From Candidatus Hodarchaeota archaeon (GTDB lineage Archaea > Asgardarchaeota > Heimdallarchaeia > Hodarchaeales > Hodarchaeaceae): a stretch of DNA of 58,739 bases. Under the pieces are notes generated by a model, which saw only the letters and a list, made by a program, of their open reading frames with translations, had not been told where the DNA came from and made no database searches. The stretch covers positions 1 to 58,739 of the forward strand of contig JAEOTM010000170.1 in NCBI GenBank assembly GCA_016839815.1, given 5' to 3'. Shown here piece after piece: positions 38,677-47,821 of the stretch. Position numbers and translations under genes: made by a program. Position 1 is the stretch's first letter; each line of letters starts with the position of its first letter.

Positions 38677-39498
38677 ATGAAACATCTCAAGTTTTTATTA
38701 CCTTTCGCGGTGATTTCTGTAATTTACTTTACAGTGTTTACAGGTGTAAATACAGCTTCTTCAGAAAGTATCCAAGAAGGGTTTCTACCCACTCAGGGAT
38801 CGTATTTTAAATATCATATGTCTTATGAACGAGTACTACCAAATGGAGACTTTCTCGGTATCGTAGGATATGTTGAAATTGAATACTTTCAATTAATTAA
38901 CTCGACTCATATCGATGGGGAGCTTGAAGCAGTAGTTGATCTCTCTTGGATTCAAGGGAAACAGGAACTTGCTATAACGCAGAATATTATGACTCGCTCA
39001 TTGACAATCGATGATTATCAGGGAGCGATAATCAGTGGAGTGCTTTACTATTTTGGTAACGAAAACCAGTTTTTTAACCCAATCTATATTTCCCCCCAAT
39101 TGCTTGAGAACAACTTAGATGTTTATATTTGGTCGTATTTGGCAACCAATTATGGTACACGGCTAGTCCAATGGAATTATAAAGAGATAAGAGTAACAGA
39201 TTATCATTTCACAGACCATGAATATGCTGGCTTAGGAGTAAACGCAAGTTACCATAGCACAACGGGAATCCTGATAGTTGCACGGTGTTATTTCCTTGAA
39301 AATACCATGCAGGGTTTAATTCAGCATATAATGTATGTTTACCTCGAAAGAACCAGCGTATCAATAGAAGGAGTAAGAGATATGTCTCCCTTATTGTTTT
39401 TCCTTGGTTTAGTCTTCCTTCTCATGAGTTTTCCCGCAATCATGATAATCATATGGATATTGAAGAAACCCAAGAAAATCTTGGAAGGAGGTCCATAG
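38677..39498 (+). CDS. Secreted, C-terminally anchored beta-rich protein
   Basis: Signal peptide, N-glycosylation sequons (NST, NAS), Y..TTGILI motif and a C-terminal TM plus basic tail. Confidence 0.7.
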   Translation: MKHLKFLLPFAVISVIYFTVFTGVNTASSESIQEGFLPTQGSYFKYHMSYERVLPNGDFLGIVGYVEIEYFQLINSTHIDGELEAVVDLSWIQGKQELAITQNIMTRSLTIDDYQGAIISGVLYYFGNENQFFNPIYISPQLLENNLDVYIWSYLATNYGTRLVQWNYKEIRVTDYHFTDHEYAGLGVNASYHSTTGILIVARCYFLENTMQGLIQHIMYVYLERTSVSIEGVRDMSPLLFFLGLVFLLMSFPAIMIIIWILKKPKKILEGGP

Positions 39499-39499
39499 A

Positions 39500-40144
39500 T
39501 TGATCATAAAAATGGACAAAATTACAAAAATTTACGGGAATAGATTTTCAAGCTTACGAATAAGGGCTCTGAATGAATTTTCTCTTTCATTAAAGGGAGG
39601 AGAAATTGTTTGCATCAAAGGAAGTAATGGTTCTGGAAAATCGACAGTACTACGAATAATCACTGGATTAGTTCGTCCTACTACGGGGAGTCTTTACATA
39701 GAATTTGATATGAAGTCTACAAAGTTATCACCAAGAATTGGTTATTGTCCTGATAATCCATCAATTTATCGAAATGTTACTGTTATAGCTTTCTTGAAGT
39801 TAATCTCTAATATTCTTGGGGTAAGTTCTGTAATTCCTACTTTGATTCAGAATTTACAAGACTTCAATTTATTAAAATGGATAGAGGAACCTATAGGCAC
39901 TTTATCTAAAGGAATGTTACACAAAGTATCTTTAATAGCTTCTATGCTTGATAACCCTCAATTACTTGTGTTAGATGAACCTTTTTCATCACTTGATGAG
40001 CAGAGTGCAAATGCTTTGATCGACAAATTACACTCCCTTTCTTCTAAGGGCTCTACGATAATCTTCGCAGATCCTAGTAGTGAGCGTCTAGAAAAAATCG
40101 TAGATATGATCATGGATTTGAATACAATGAAGGTGATAAGTTGA
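39500..40144 (+). CDS. ABC exporter ATP-binding subunit
   Basis: GSNGSGKS, LSKGM and LLVLDEP..SLD. The H-loop His is absent (IIFADP). Confidence 0.88.
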   Translation: MIIKMDKITKIYGNRFSSLRIRALNEFSLSLKGGEIVCIKGSNGSGKSTVLRIITGLVRPTTGSLYIEFDMKSTKLSPRIGYCPDNPSIYRNVTVIAFLKLISNILGVSSVIPTLIQNLQDFNLLKWIEEPIGTLSKGMLHKVSLIASMLDNPQLLVLDEPFSSLDEQSANALIDKLHSLSSKGSTIIFADPSSERLEKIVDMIMDLNTMKVIS

Positions 40145-40920
40145 GTATTACAAAGACGGTAAGATTTGACCTTAAACGAATGAATTCATCTTTAATTGTA
40201 TTATCTATTTTTCCAGTTTCACTATTACTCATATTTGTCCTTTACTTTTACCTTTTATTTTCTGGGGCGAGTCTAACTGTATCAAATTATGTGGAATTAT
40301 CATATCTTTTAGCCCGAATGTACGCCTACATTCTTCAATTTATCTTGAGTATTTATTCGATTCTAATAGGGATATACCTTTTTGATGATCAAGCTCTACC
40401 AATTATTATCACTTCTTTCAATCATAGGCAAAAACCATTTCTTGTCAAGATTTTGAGTTCACTTATACTCTTAACCATCCTAAATTTGGTATATCTAACA
40501 ATATTTACGATTTTCTCCTTTTTCTTAATAGCAACACCGAATATGAATCTAATTTTCGTATTATTCTGTGTTGGAATTGTTGATATGCTCGTATTTTCCT
40601 CAATAACATTTTTTGGGTATGCCCTAATTAAATGGACTGGTATTTCATCAGTATTAGCATCTCTTGTACCATTATCCCTTTTCTTTGTCTTACCACAATT
40701 TTTGTATAGTGGAATATCTGTAGGCATCATCCCACCACTTTTTTACTCCTTTACTCTGCAATACCATTTATCCGCCTTTGCTAATTACTTTATCCCCTCC
40801 CCATTAATTGTGCCAATTGCTTCAAGCACCATAAGTACTTCTATTATAATAATTATATTCTGTATTCTATGTTCGTATGTATGTGGGTTATTTTTTACGA
40901 AATATATGGAGTACCATTAG
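40141..40920 (+). CDS. ABC-2-type permease
   Basis: About 6 TM, a 4-bp overlap with the ATPase gene, and the R...L.K pattern after TM2. Confidence 0.7.
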   Translation: MSITKTVRFDLKRMNSSLIVLSIFPVSLLLIFVLYFYLLFSGASLTVSNYVELSYLLARMYAYILQFILSIYSILIGIYLFDDQALPIIITSFNHRQKPFLVKILSSLILLTILNLVYLTIFTIFSFFLIATPNMNLIFVLFCVGIVDMLVFSSITFFGYALIKWTGISSVLASLVPLSLFFVLPQFLYSGISVGIIPPLFYSFTLQYHLSAFANYFIPSPLIVPIASSTISTSIIIIIFCILCSYVCGLFFTKYMEYH

Positions 40921-40998
40921 ATAGATACAGAATTGGATCACCAGAAGGTTTTTTTAAATTCAAGTGTGAAATCATAGATTTTGCTCAAAAGGGTATTT

Positions 40999-41205
40999 TC
41001 ATCTTCTCAATCGATATAAGGCTGCAGCTACTATCATCAGTCCACCAATAACCATAAGAGCAAGATAAATCACAGGAGAATCTGAATCTGATGTTGAGGG
41101 AGGCGTTGAAGAAGTAGGTTCAATAAGAAATGCAATAAATAAGAGTAAGAAGACTAAAAAGAGTAATAAGCCAATAAAAAGTTGAATGTATATTTTTTGA
41201 GCCAA
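40999..41205 (-). CDS. Small 2-TM hairpin protein (68 aa)
   Basis: GGTGGT RBS before TTG at 41205. TM, Ser/Thr/Pro loop, TM, then RLRR. Confidence 0.55.
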   Translation of the reverse strand: MAQKIYIQLFIGLLLFLVFLLLFIAFLIEPTSSTPPSTSDSDSPVIYLALMVIGGLMIVAAALYRLRR

Positions 41206-41369
41206 AATTAAACCACCAACCAATATCTTTGGATGTTTTCTTAGAATGTATTCATAGTTAAAGAAGTTTGAGATACAAGGAGCTGTGCGTTGATTGTTTT
41301 TTCCGTTTAACAATCGTTATTAATCGTTATTAAATATAGTTAATTACTGATAATCAGAGGTTCTTTCAC

Positions 41370-42614
41370 GTGAAAGTTTATTTAGATAACAATGCAAGTA
41401 CCAGAGTCGATGAAAAGGTACTAGAATCGATGATGCCTTTTTTTACAGAAGTTATCAGTCCTCCCAGCTCGGAATATGGAAATTCATTTGGTGTAGAAGC
41501 TCAGGAAGCACTAAGTAATGCCAGAGAAATTATCGCCAAGAAATTACATGTAAATCCTTCTGAAATCATCTTTACTTCAGGTCAGGCAGAGTCAAACAAT
41601 ACTGCTTTGAAAGGATTCGCATTTGCAAATGAAAAACCTGATTCAAAGCTAATATTGGCCTCAGCAGTTTCTCATTCTACGGTAATGGATCCATTAAAAT
41701 CATTGGTGAAATATCATGGATTTGAGCTAGAGCTTATTGATGTAGATGCTGAAGGATTTCTCAAACATGATCACTTACGGGAATTATTAGAAAAAAAACC
41801 CTTATTGGTTACTGTACCCCATGGGAATGTTGAAATCGGGACAATAGAAGATATTAAAACCATTGCAAATGTATGTCATGAATATAATGTACCATTACAT
41901 GCCGATATGACCTATTCATTCTGTAAGGTTGAAACAGATGCCTCTATTGCCGACATAGCAACTGTAGCCAGTCATTTAATTCATGGACCAAAAGGTATTG
42001 GTGCTCTATATCTGAAGAAAAAAAGAAGGTTACGTCCCTTAATTGATGGAGGTTTTCAAGAAAACCGAAAGCGTGCTGGAACTGAAAATATTCCAGGGAT
42101 TGTAGGTTTTGCTGAAGCAGTCAAGCAATTTACTCCAGAGGTTATAGAAAAAATTACTGAGTTACGAGATTACACTCATGATTTATTCAAGCAACACTTA
42201 ACGGAGTTCTCAATTACTGGTGCGAAGGACAAAAATAAGCGATTACCAGGACATTTTTCAGCGGTTATCAATTATGTTGAGGGTGAATCAATCTTATTAT
42301 ATCTAGATATGTTAAATTTCATGGTAGCAACAGGGTCAGCATGTTCATCTAAACAACTTAAAGCAAGCCATGTATTGTCTGCAATAGGTCTGCCAACCGA
42401 GATTAGTCACGGCAGTATTCGCCTTGGTTTAAGTAAATACAATGAAAAAAGTCAACTTGATGAATTCATTGTACAATTAGGTCAAATTGTTGAAAGATTA
42501 CGTGCGATGAGTCCTGTAGATCAAAATTTCATGCGTGAATGGAAAGAAATGAAAGATAGTGGCGAATATACTGAAGAAGACCATCATCACGATGAAGAAG
42601 AATTGGAGGATTAA
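41370..42614 (+). CDS. iscS: IscS/NifS-family cysteine desulfurase homologue lacking the PLP lysine
   Basis: YLDNNAST, EIIFTSG..ESNN, GPKGIGALY, GGFQE..RAGTEN and GSACSS, but SHL replaces SHK. Confidence 0.9.
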   Translation: MKVYLDNNASTRVDEKVLESMMPFFTEVISPPSSEYGNSFGVEAQEALSNAREIIAKKLHVNPSEIIFTSGQAESNNTALKGFAFANEKPDSKLILASAVSHSTVMDPLKSLVKYHGFELELIDVDAEGFLKHDHLRELLEKKPLLVTVPHGNVEIGTIEDIKTIANVCHEYNVPLHADMTYSFCKVETDASIADIATVASHLIHGPKGIGALYLKKKRRLRPLIDGGFQENRKRAGTENIPGIVGFAEAVKQFTPEVIEKITELRDYTHDLFKQHLTEFSITGAKDKNKRLPGHFSAVINYVEGESILLYLDMLNFMVATGSACSSKQLKASHVLSAIGLPTEISHGSIRLGLSKYNEKSQLDEFIVQLGQIVERLRAMSPVDQNFMREWKEMKDSGEYTEEDHHHDEEELED

Positions 42615-42619
42615 GAAAA

Positions 42620-43021
42620 ATGGGTATGTATACAAAAGAAGTAATGGATCTTTTCTTGAAACCAGAAAATATGGGTGAAATAGAAGACGCTAGTGCAATC
42701 GGGAAAGTCGGAAACCCCGTCTGTGGAGATATTATGTGGGTTTATCTAAAGATTGATGACCAAGATATCATCCAAGATGTGAAAGTAAAAACATTCGGTT
42801 GCGTTGCAGCGATTGCTACAAGTTCTAAAACTACAATGATTATTAAAGGTATGAACATTAAGGACGCATATCAAGTTACTAAGAAGCAGGTGGCTGAAGA
42901 ACTTGGTGGTTTGCCTAAAACAAAAATGCACTGTTCAAATCTAGCTGTTGATGCGGTTCAACGTGCAATTCAAGACTATCTCAAGAAAAATAACCGATCT
43001 CTGGACGAAATAGAGAGCTAA
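42620..43021 (+). CDS. iscU: Fe-S cluster scaffold IscU/NifU
   Basis: GNPVCGD, KTFGCVAAIA and KMHCSNLA (three Cys plus His). Confidence 0.95.
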   Translation: MGMYTKEVMDLFLKPENMGEIEDASAIGKVGNPVCGDIMWVYLKIDDQDIIQDVKVKTFGCVAAIATSSKTTMIIKGMNIKDAYQVTKKQVAEELGGLPKTKMHCSNLAVDAVQRAIQDYLKKNNRSLDEIES

Positions 43022-43023
43022 GA

Positions 43024-43284
43024 ATGTACATGTCGAATCATAAAGAAGATTTACTGGTCGATATTACAGGATTCAAATGCCCTGTTCCGTTAATCAAGAC
43101 TCGCAGAGCAGTAAAACAATCTACCGATGAGCAAATAATTAAATTTATCGGTACAAAAGAGGAAGAAATTTCTCGTAAAGAAATTATTGTGGCTTTAGAA
43201 TCAATGAACCAACCTGTAATCGATATGGTCGTTAACGATGTCACGGGTGACTGGTATATTCTTGCAAAAAGACATAATCCCTAA
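43024..43284 (+). CDS. tusA: TusA-family sulfur carrier
   Basis: VDITGFKCPVPLIKTRRA (CPxP motif), 86 aa. Confidence 0.88.
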   Translation: MYMSNHKEDLLVDITGFKCPVPLIKTRRAVKQSTDEQIIKFIGTKEEEISRKEIIVALESMNQPVIDMVVNDVTGDWYILAKRHNP

Positions 43285-43484
43285 TTTTCTCTGTCTATTT
43301 CTAGTTCTACACTTCGGTTGACGATAAAAAGAGGGAGCATTACTAGGGGTGAGGTAATTTCCTGAATCTTCTCTAATCTCAAATCGATTTACCTTGTCGT
43401 AATTACTTTGATATGTGAACCCAAATAGAAATCAGGAGAAGAGACAACTTAATAATTATTATTTGAAAACAAATAAAAACAAAA

Positions 43485-43507
43485 TCTGTTAGACAAAGTC
43501 TAATAGA
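43485..43507. promoter_or_regulatory. Inverted repeat upstream of the 7TM sensor gene (candidate operator)
   Basis: TCTGTTAGAC-aaa-GTCTAATAGA, 9 of 10 bases paired, 21 nt before the ATG. Confidence 0.3.
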
Positions 43508-43528
43508 ATTAACATTAGTTGTTACCCA

Positions 43529-44365
43529 ATGGATAATCTGGTAGTATTTGGAATCATAGTCCTATCAATAGTTAGAGTCTTTGGATTTCTAATATCTGTG
43601 GACTTCTATGTTAACCTTCGTAAAAATCGTTTTTTTTTTCTGATAACAGGATGGTTTAGCTGGTTTCTTGCAGGATTATTTGCATTAATCATACCCCAAA
43701 CAAGCGATACCTTCCTGATTGACCTTCTTTTTCTATTTAATGGACTATTTGTCACTTTGGGGGCCTTCCTAATAGTCTTGGGTATTACAAATATTTTCTG
43801 GACATTTAAAACAAAACAGGTGATACTTGTCTTGATATTCCTTGTTATTCTTCCTCTGATATCCTACCTAAGTGGAGGAAACAGGCTTGTTGGGACTGTT
43901 TCATCACTAATTTTGTTTTTCTCGTACTTTATTGTCATGATTCTTGATTCTTTAATCGGTAAGAATTTCAAAGAAAGAGTAGGAAATTCTTACAAATGGA
44001 TTATTTTTCTACGAGTTGTTGTCTTTCTTCAAATTATATTAATGACGTTTATTATACTCAGTGGTGAAACATTTGGATTATATGACTCCACAGATGACTT
44101 ATTGATTATTCTAAATTATGGAATGGGAATTGCTTTATCCCTCGTAATATTAATATTGATTATCCATTTAGAACATTCCGTTGCATCCTATCAGAAAGCT
44201 TTCTTGAAAGATACCCTCACCCATGATATTGGAAATATTCTACAGATTATTAGTAGTGCAACAGAGATGCTCTCTGTTTCAGAAGAATCACAAAATAAAT
44301 CGGATCTCATCTTGAAAAAGAGCAAAGAAGCATCCAAATTAATAAACGAAATTAAAGATTTGTAA
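43529..44365 (+). CDS. 7-TM membrane sensor with HisKA (DHp) domain and no HATPase domain
   Basis: Seven hydrophobic segments, then H-box LTHDIGNILQII. The protein ends about 45 aa later with a double stop. Confidence 0.75.
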   Translation: MDNLVVFGIIVLSIVRVFGFLISVDFYVNLRKNRFFFLITGWFSWFLAGLFALIIPQTSDTFLIDLLFLFNGLFVTLGAFLIVLGITNIFWTFKTKQVILVLIFLVILPLISYLSGGNRLVGTVSSLILFFSYFIVMILDSLIGKNFKERVGNSYKWIIFLRVVVFLQIILMTFIILSGETFGLYDSTDDLLIILNYGMGIALSLVILILIIHLEHSVASYQKAFLKDTLTHDIGNILQIISSATEMLSVSEESQNKSDLILKKSKEASKLINEIKDL

Positions 44366-44404
44366 TAATGAAAGAACACTGTACTTAATGAAAGAGGATT
44401 CACT

Positions 44405-44758
44405 TTGGCATCAGTCATAATCGTTGATGACGACTCAGACATAGTCACTCTATTTGAGGAGTTTATTAGTCTCAAGGGACATGTTATAGCTGGTAAAGCC
44501 TCCAATGGGGAAGAAGCATTAGAGATTCTTCAAGAATGTAATCCTCTCCCAGATATTATTTTCATGGATCATCGGATGCCAAGGATGAGCGGCCTGGAGG
44601 CATCTAAAATAATCCGAGAAAAATATCCTTCCTGTAAGATTGTTTTCATTAGTGCAGATTTAAATGTTAAAGATTTGGCCTTAGAGATTGGTGCTCTGGA
44701 ATTTCTAGTCAAACCAATCAGCTTCCAGAAAATTTTGTCTTTGCTTGATGAGTTATAA
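44405..44758 (+). CDS. Single-domain response regulator (receiver)
   Basis: IIVDDD, ASNGEEA, PDIIFMDHRMP.MSG, ISAD and FLVKP. Confidence 0.93.
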   Translation: MASVIIVDDDSDIVTLFEEFISLKGHVIAGKASNGEEALEILQECNPLPDIIFMDHRMPRMSGLEASKIIREKYPSCKIVFISADLNVKDLALEIGALEFLVKPISFQKILSLLDEL

Positions 44759-44807
44759 GAAGCAGTGAATTTGTTATTAAAAAAAAGGAGGAGGAAAAGA
44801 GTGGACT

Positions 44808-45629
44808 CTATGGTAGGAACCGAAAAACTACTATAAAGGTAGCTTCTGAAAACAGAACCAGATCGACGATTAGAAGGGTTATTATGGTTGAAGCTGGTAT
44901 GAATATATTGTCTAAATCTGCTGGGGAGAATGCCTCAACAATCATTCCAACGATACAACACAGAAAAATAACGATCAAAATTTCTACTAATCCAATATCA
45001 ACACCAGGATCCGCAAGAACAGGAATATCTGATCCCCCTAAAACTCCTAAGAAAATCCAGAACACTAGCGATCCAAGTAATGCAATAACAAAGAATCCAA
45101 GCGATCCTTCAAAAGTCTTTTCTCTACCAAATGTCTTATACTTCCGTGATCCAAATCGTTTTCCTATATAGGGAGCGATTCCATCACCCCATCCGACAAT
45201 ACTCATCATTAACATGCCAGCATAAGTACCAAAGAAAATTGTCCCAGCTATCATCATTATTATCGTGAAGTATAATGTACCCTTTAACAACTCACGGGGA
45301 TCACCTGTTCGAGACATAGTTTTTACGTCTTTATCATCGGGGGATCCACGATAACCTTTATACAGAAATGTAAAGAAGAAAAGTAAAGGTACGGCAATGT
45401 TAAATAAGTACGAAAACCCATCAGATGTATCTACAAACAACCAAATCCAAATAAAAGAACCTGCTGCAATGTGAATGACCTTCCTGCTAAGATCAGAGGA
45501 AAGCTTTCCAGCAGTCACCAATTTTTCCATTAACAGGATAATCCCTTGAACATAAACTAGTGCAACGACTACACCCACAATAAAGTTCCAGATCAACGGA
45601 TCATCAGGCATTAAGGTAAAAAAACCCAT
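44808..45629 (-). CDS. Phytol/farnesol/dolichol kinase-like CTP-dependent polyprenol kinase
   Basis: LSRKVIHI, G.LYF, GWGDGIA..IG.RFG, KTFEGS and VEA....LDN. ATG at 45629 is preferred as start. Confidence 0.85.
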   Translation of the reverse strand: MGFFTLMPDDPLIWNFIVGVVVALVYVQGIILLMEKLVTAGKLSSDLSRKVIHIAAGSFIWIWLFVDTSDGFSYLFNIAVPLLFFFTFLYKGYRGSPDDKDVKTMSRTGDPRELLKGTLYFTIIMMIAGTIFFGTYAGMLMMSIVGWGDGIAPYIGKRFGSRKYKTFGREKTFEGSLGFFVIALLGSLVFWIFLGVLGGSDIPVLADPGVDIGLVEILIVIFLCCIVGMIVEAFSPADLDNIFIPASTIITLLIVDLVLFSEATFIVVFRFLP

Positions 45630-45721
45630 TTTCTCATATCCTTCTAATATTCTAGTGTTAGTAGCGATTTTTGTTTCTTCTGAATACAAATATCTTTCGC
45701 TTCTAACGACAAGAAGCTAAG

Positions 45722-47815
45722 TCAATCTTGAAGATTCTTAAAATAAGTCAAAACTATTTTTTTATTTTTATCTAATTCCGATTCCTTACCTGCATCTCGG
45801 ACATGGAATTGATCCAAGATATATTCTAGCTCGTTGTAGGTTAATGCATAGGTATAGGCTACCCTAGCATCCAAATGAGCACGGATTTCGATCATCGATT
45901 TTTCAGAAGATAATTCTTTGGGAGATGATATTTCATCTTTCCACTCAGGATATTTTCTGTAAACTTCCTTGACTAATGAAATTATCTCTCTTTCATTTTG
46001 TCTGTCTATAAACCTAGGAAGAGGCATATCTCGCAGTATAAACATATTTAAATTTTGAGAAACCTTCATACGAATCATATAGTCAAACACAAAACTATTA
46101 AATATACCTAATAAGTACAAAAGTTCATCCTGTTTCATTTGTACTTGGTTGAACTTACTATAATTCTTGACATAGATGATAGAATTACTACAACAACTAT
46201 TAGAGGGTATAAGTGTAGCAATCATTGTTCTTCTATTGGTACTTGCGGCTACGGCTCTGAAACCAATTCGTGCTTGCTTATGTTCAGAATAAGACTCATC
46301 AAACTTATTTCCTAAGCTTTGCTTATCAATCCAATATCGTGGAGATTTATATCGATGAGTGAATTGCTCTATCATCTTACCCTCAACAACTGGATAACCC
46401 TTCCCTTTCATATTGAATAAATGACTGTCAATAGTAATATCCAGTTCTCTAGAGAATATAATATCAGAAAAACCAGATACAGAACTTGCGATAACTGGAA
46501 ATTGATACATTTTTTCTGCAATTTGGATGTCAGTTCTATTCTTAAACTCAATAATAGCCCAAGCACTTGGAGAAAACCGCTTAATTTTTTCCCAAGAAAT
46601 TGATAGAAGAGTATTAGGATGATTTTTCAAGAATAAAGGGTCCCTTTGCATAAAAACAGATTGAAATTGATCAGTTTTTACGTGGTTTTTCAAAAAAATG
46701 AGAATATCGAATTTAAAGGACTTATGAATGGAGGGGAATATTCCTAGCCTATTTTCAAAGGAAAAAAGGTTTGTAACTTCGTTTTCTTCAAATATAATTT
46801 TTCTTAGGTCTTTAGTTCCTGCGTCACTATGAATACCAGACGGAAGAATAACCCCACATACCCCATTTTTTGCCAACAGGAAATAAATTCGTTCTAAAAA
46901 CAGTTTATAAAGATTGAGATCTCCACTGACTCTTCTTGTCTCACTTCCTGACCGAATCATGCCTGATTGATACTGATACGCCTTTCGATAGTATTCAGAT
47001 TGATCTTTAATTGTCGATTCATATTTAATCCATTCTTTCTTAATGGTTTTACTAGATTTTAATTTCTCAATTATCTTTTTTGCCTCTTGTTTGTCATATC
47101 TATATTTAGACAGATGTGGATCATATCTGGAAAAGAATTCTTTTTCAAACGGCTTAACAATATTCCAAGGTGGGTTTCCAACACAGATAGCAAATCCTTC
47201 AGAGGATGCAATATCTGGAAACTCTTCCTCCCAATTAAATGGGAATATACTCTCAGATATTGTAATATCTTTCCTTTGGAGAGTATTCCCAATTAATGAA
47301 TTTCCTACCTTTATATGGTACTTAAGTAATTTTTCAATCTTAGTTCCGTCAAAATCAGATTCTGATGTGATTATTAAATCTTTCAGTTTTTCACGACATA
47401 ATTCCACTGCTTTATTTGATATATCGACACCAAATAAGTTCTTTGTAACTATTTGAGAACTGATTTGACTCAGGGGTTTCTTTTGCACCCCTAAACGTAT
47501 CAAGACTTGGTGAATTTTAAACAAAACATTAAAAGCATTCTCAAGAAAGTAACCCGCTCCTACAGCAGGATCTATAACAGTTATTTCCTCAATCAAGTTA
47601 AGAATAACACTAAGTACTTCTCTAGGTAATTTTTCTACTTCCATATTATCCAATTGGGATATAGAGTAGTCCATTCCTTTGTATTTCAAATGATTGGAAA
47701 TATAGGTATAAATAGCTGTGGAACAAATAAACTCGACTAGAATTTCTGGTGTGTATACCACTCCCAAGTCTTTATGATCTTGAGAAAGAGGTTTCATCAG
47801 TAGTGTGACCCACAA
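45722..47815 (-). CDS. Eco57I-like (gamma-class) N6-adenine DNA methyltransferase with C-terminal TRD and no endonuclease domain
   Basis: GVVYTP, DPAVGAGYF, LFGVDI, GNSL, GNPPW, NLYKLFLER and LLGIFNSFVFDY. Confidence 0.88.
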   Translation of the reverse strand: MWVTLLMKPLSQDHKDLGVVYTPEILVEFICSTAIYTYISNHLKYKGMDYSISQLDNMEVEKLPREVLSVILNLIEEITVIDPAVGAGYFLENAFNVLFKIHQVLIRLGVQKKPLSQISSQIVTKNLFGVDISNKAVELCREKLKDLIITSESDFDGTKIEKLLKYHIKVGNSLIGNTLQRKDITISESIFPFNWEEEFPDIASSEGFAICVGNPPWNIVKPFEKEFFSRYDPHLSKYRYDKQEAKKIIEKLKSSKTIKKEWIKYESTIKDQSEYYRKAYQYQSGMIRSGSETRRVSGDLNLYKLFLERIYFLLAKNGVCGVILPSGIHSDAGTKDLRKIIFEENEVTNLFSFENRLGIFPSIHKSFKFDILIFLKNHVKTDQFQSVFMQRDPLFLKNHPNTLLSISWEKIKRFSPSAWAIIEFKNRTDIQIAEKMYQFPVIASSVSGFSDIIFSRELDITIDSHLFNMKGKGYPVVEGKMIEQFTHRYKSPRYWIDKQSLGNKFDESYSEHKQARIGFRAVAASTNRRTMIATLIPSNSCCSNSIIYVKNYSKFNQVQMKQDELLYLLGIFNSFVFDYMIRMKVSQNLNMFILRDMPLPRFIDRQNEREIISLVKEVYRKYPEWKDEISSPKELSSEKSMIEIRAHLDARVAYTYALTYNELEYILDQFHVRDAGKESELDKNKKIVLTYFKNLQD

Positions 47816-47821
47816 AAGTCG

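Noticed and set aside
41312-41333. Tandem AATCGTTATT duplication upstream of iscS
   Set aside because: Only two 10-bp AT-rich units. It could be a binding site, but the evidence is insufficient.
11718-41350. Identical 13-mer AGTTAATTACTGA upstream of the alpha/beta hydrolase (11718-11730) and iscS (41338-41350)
   Set aside because: An AT-rich 13-mer match is expected by chance in a window this size, and the two genes have no functional link.
44300-44420. Possible frameshift hiding the HATPase domain of the histidine kinase
   Set aside because: Only 39 bp separate the stop from the receiver gene, and no N/G-box motifs were seen in other frames.
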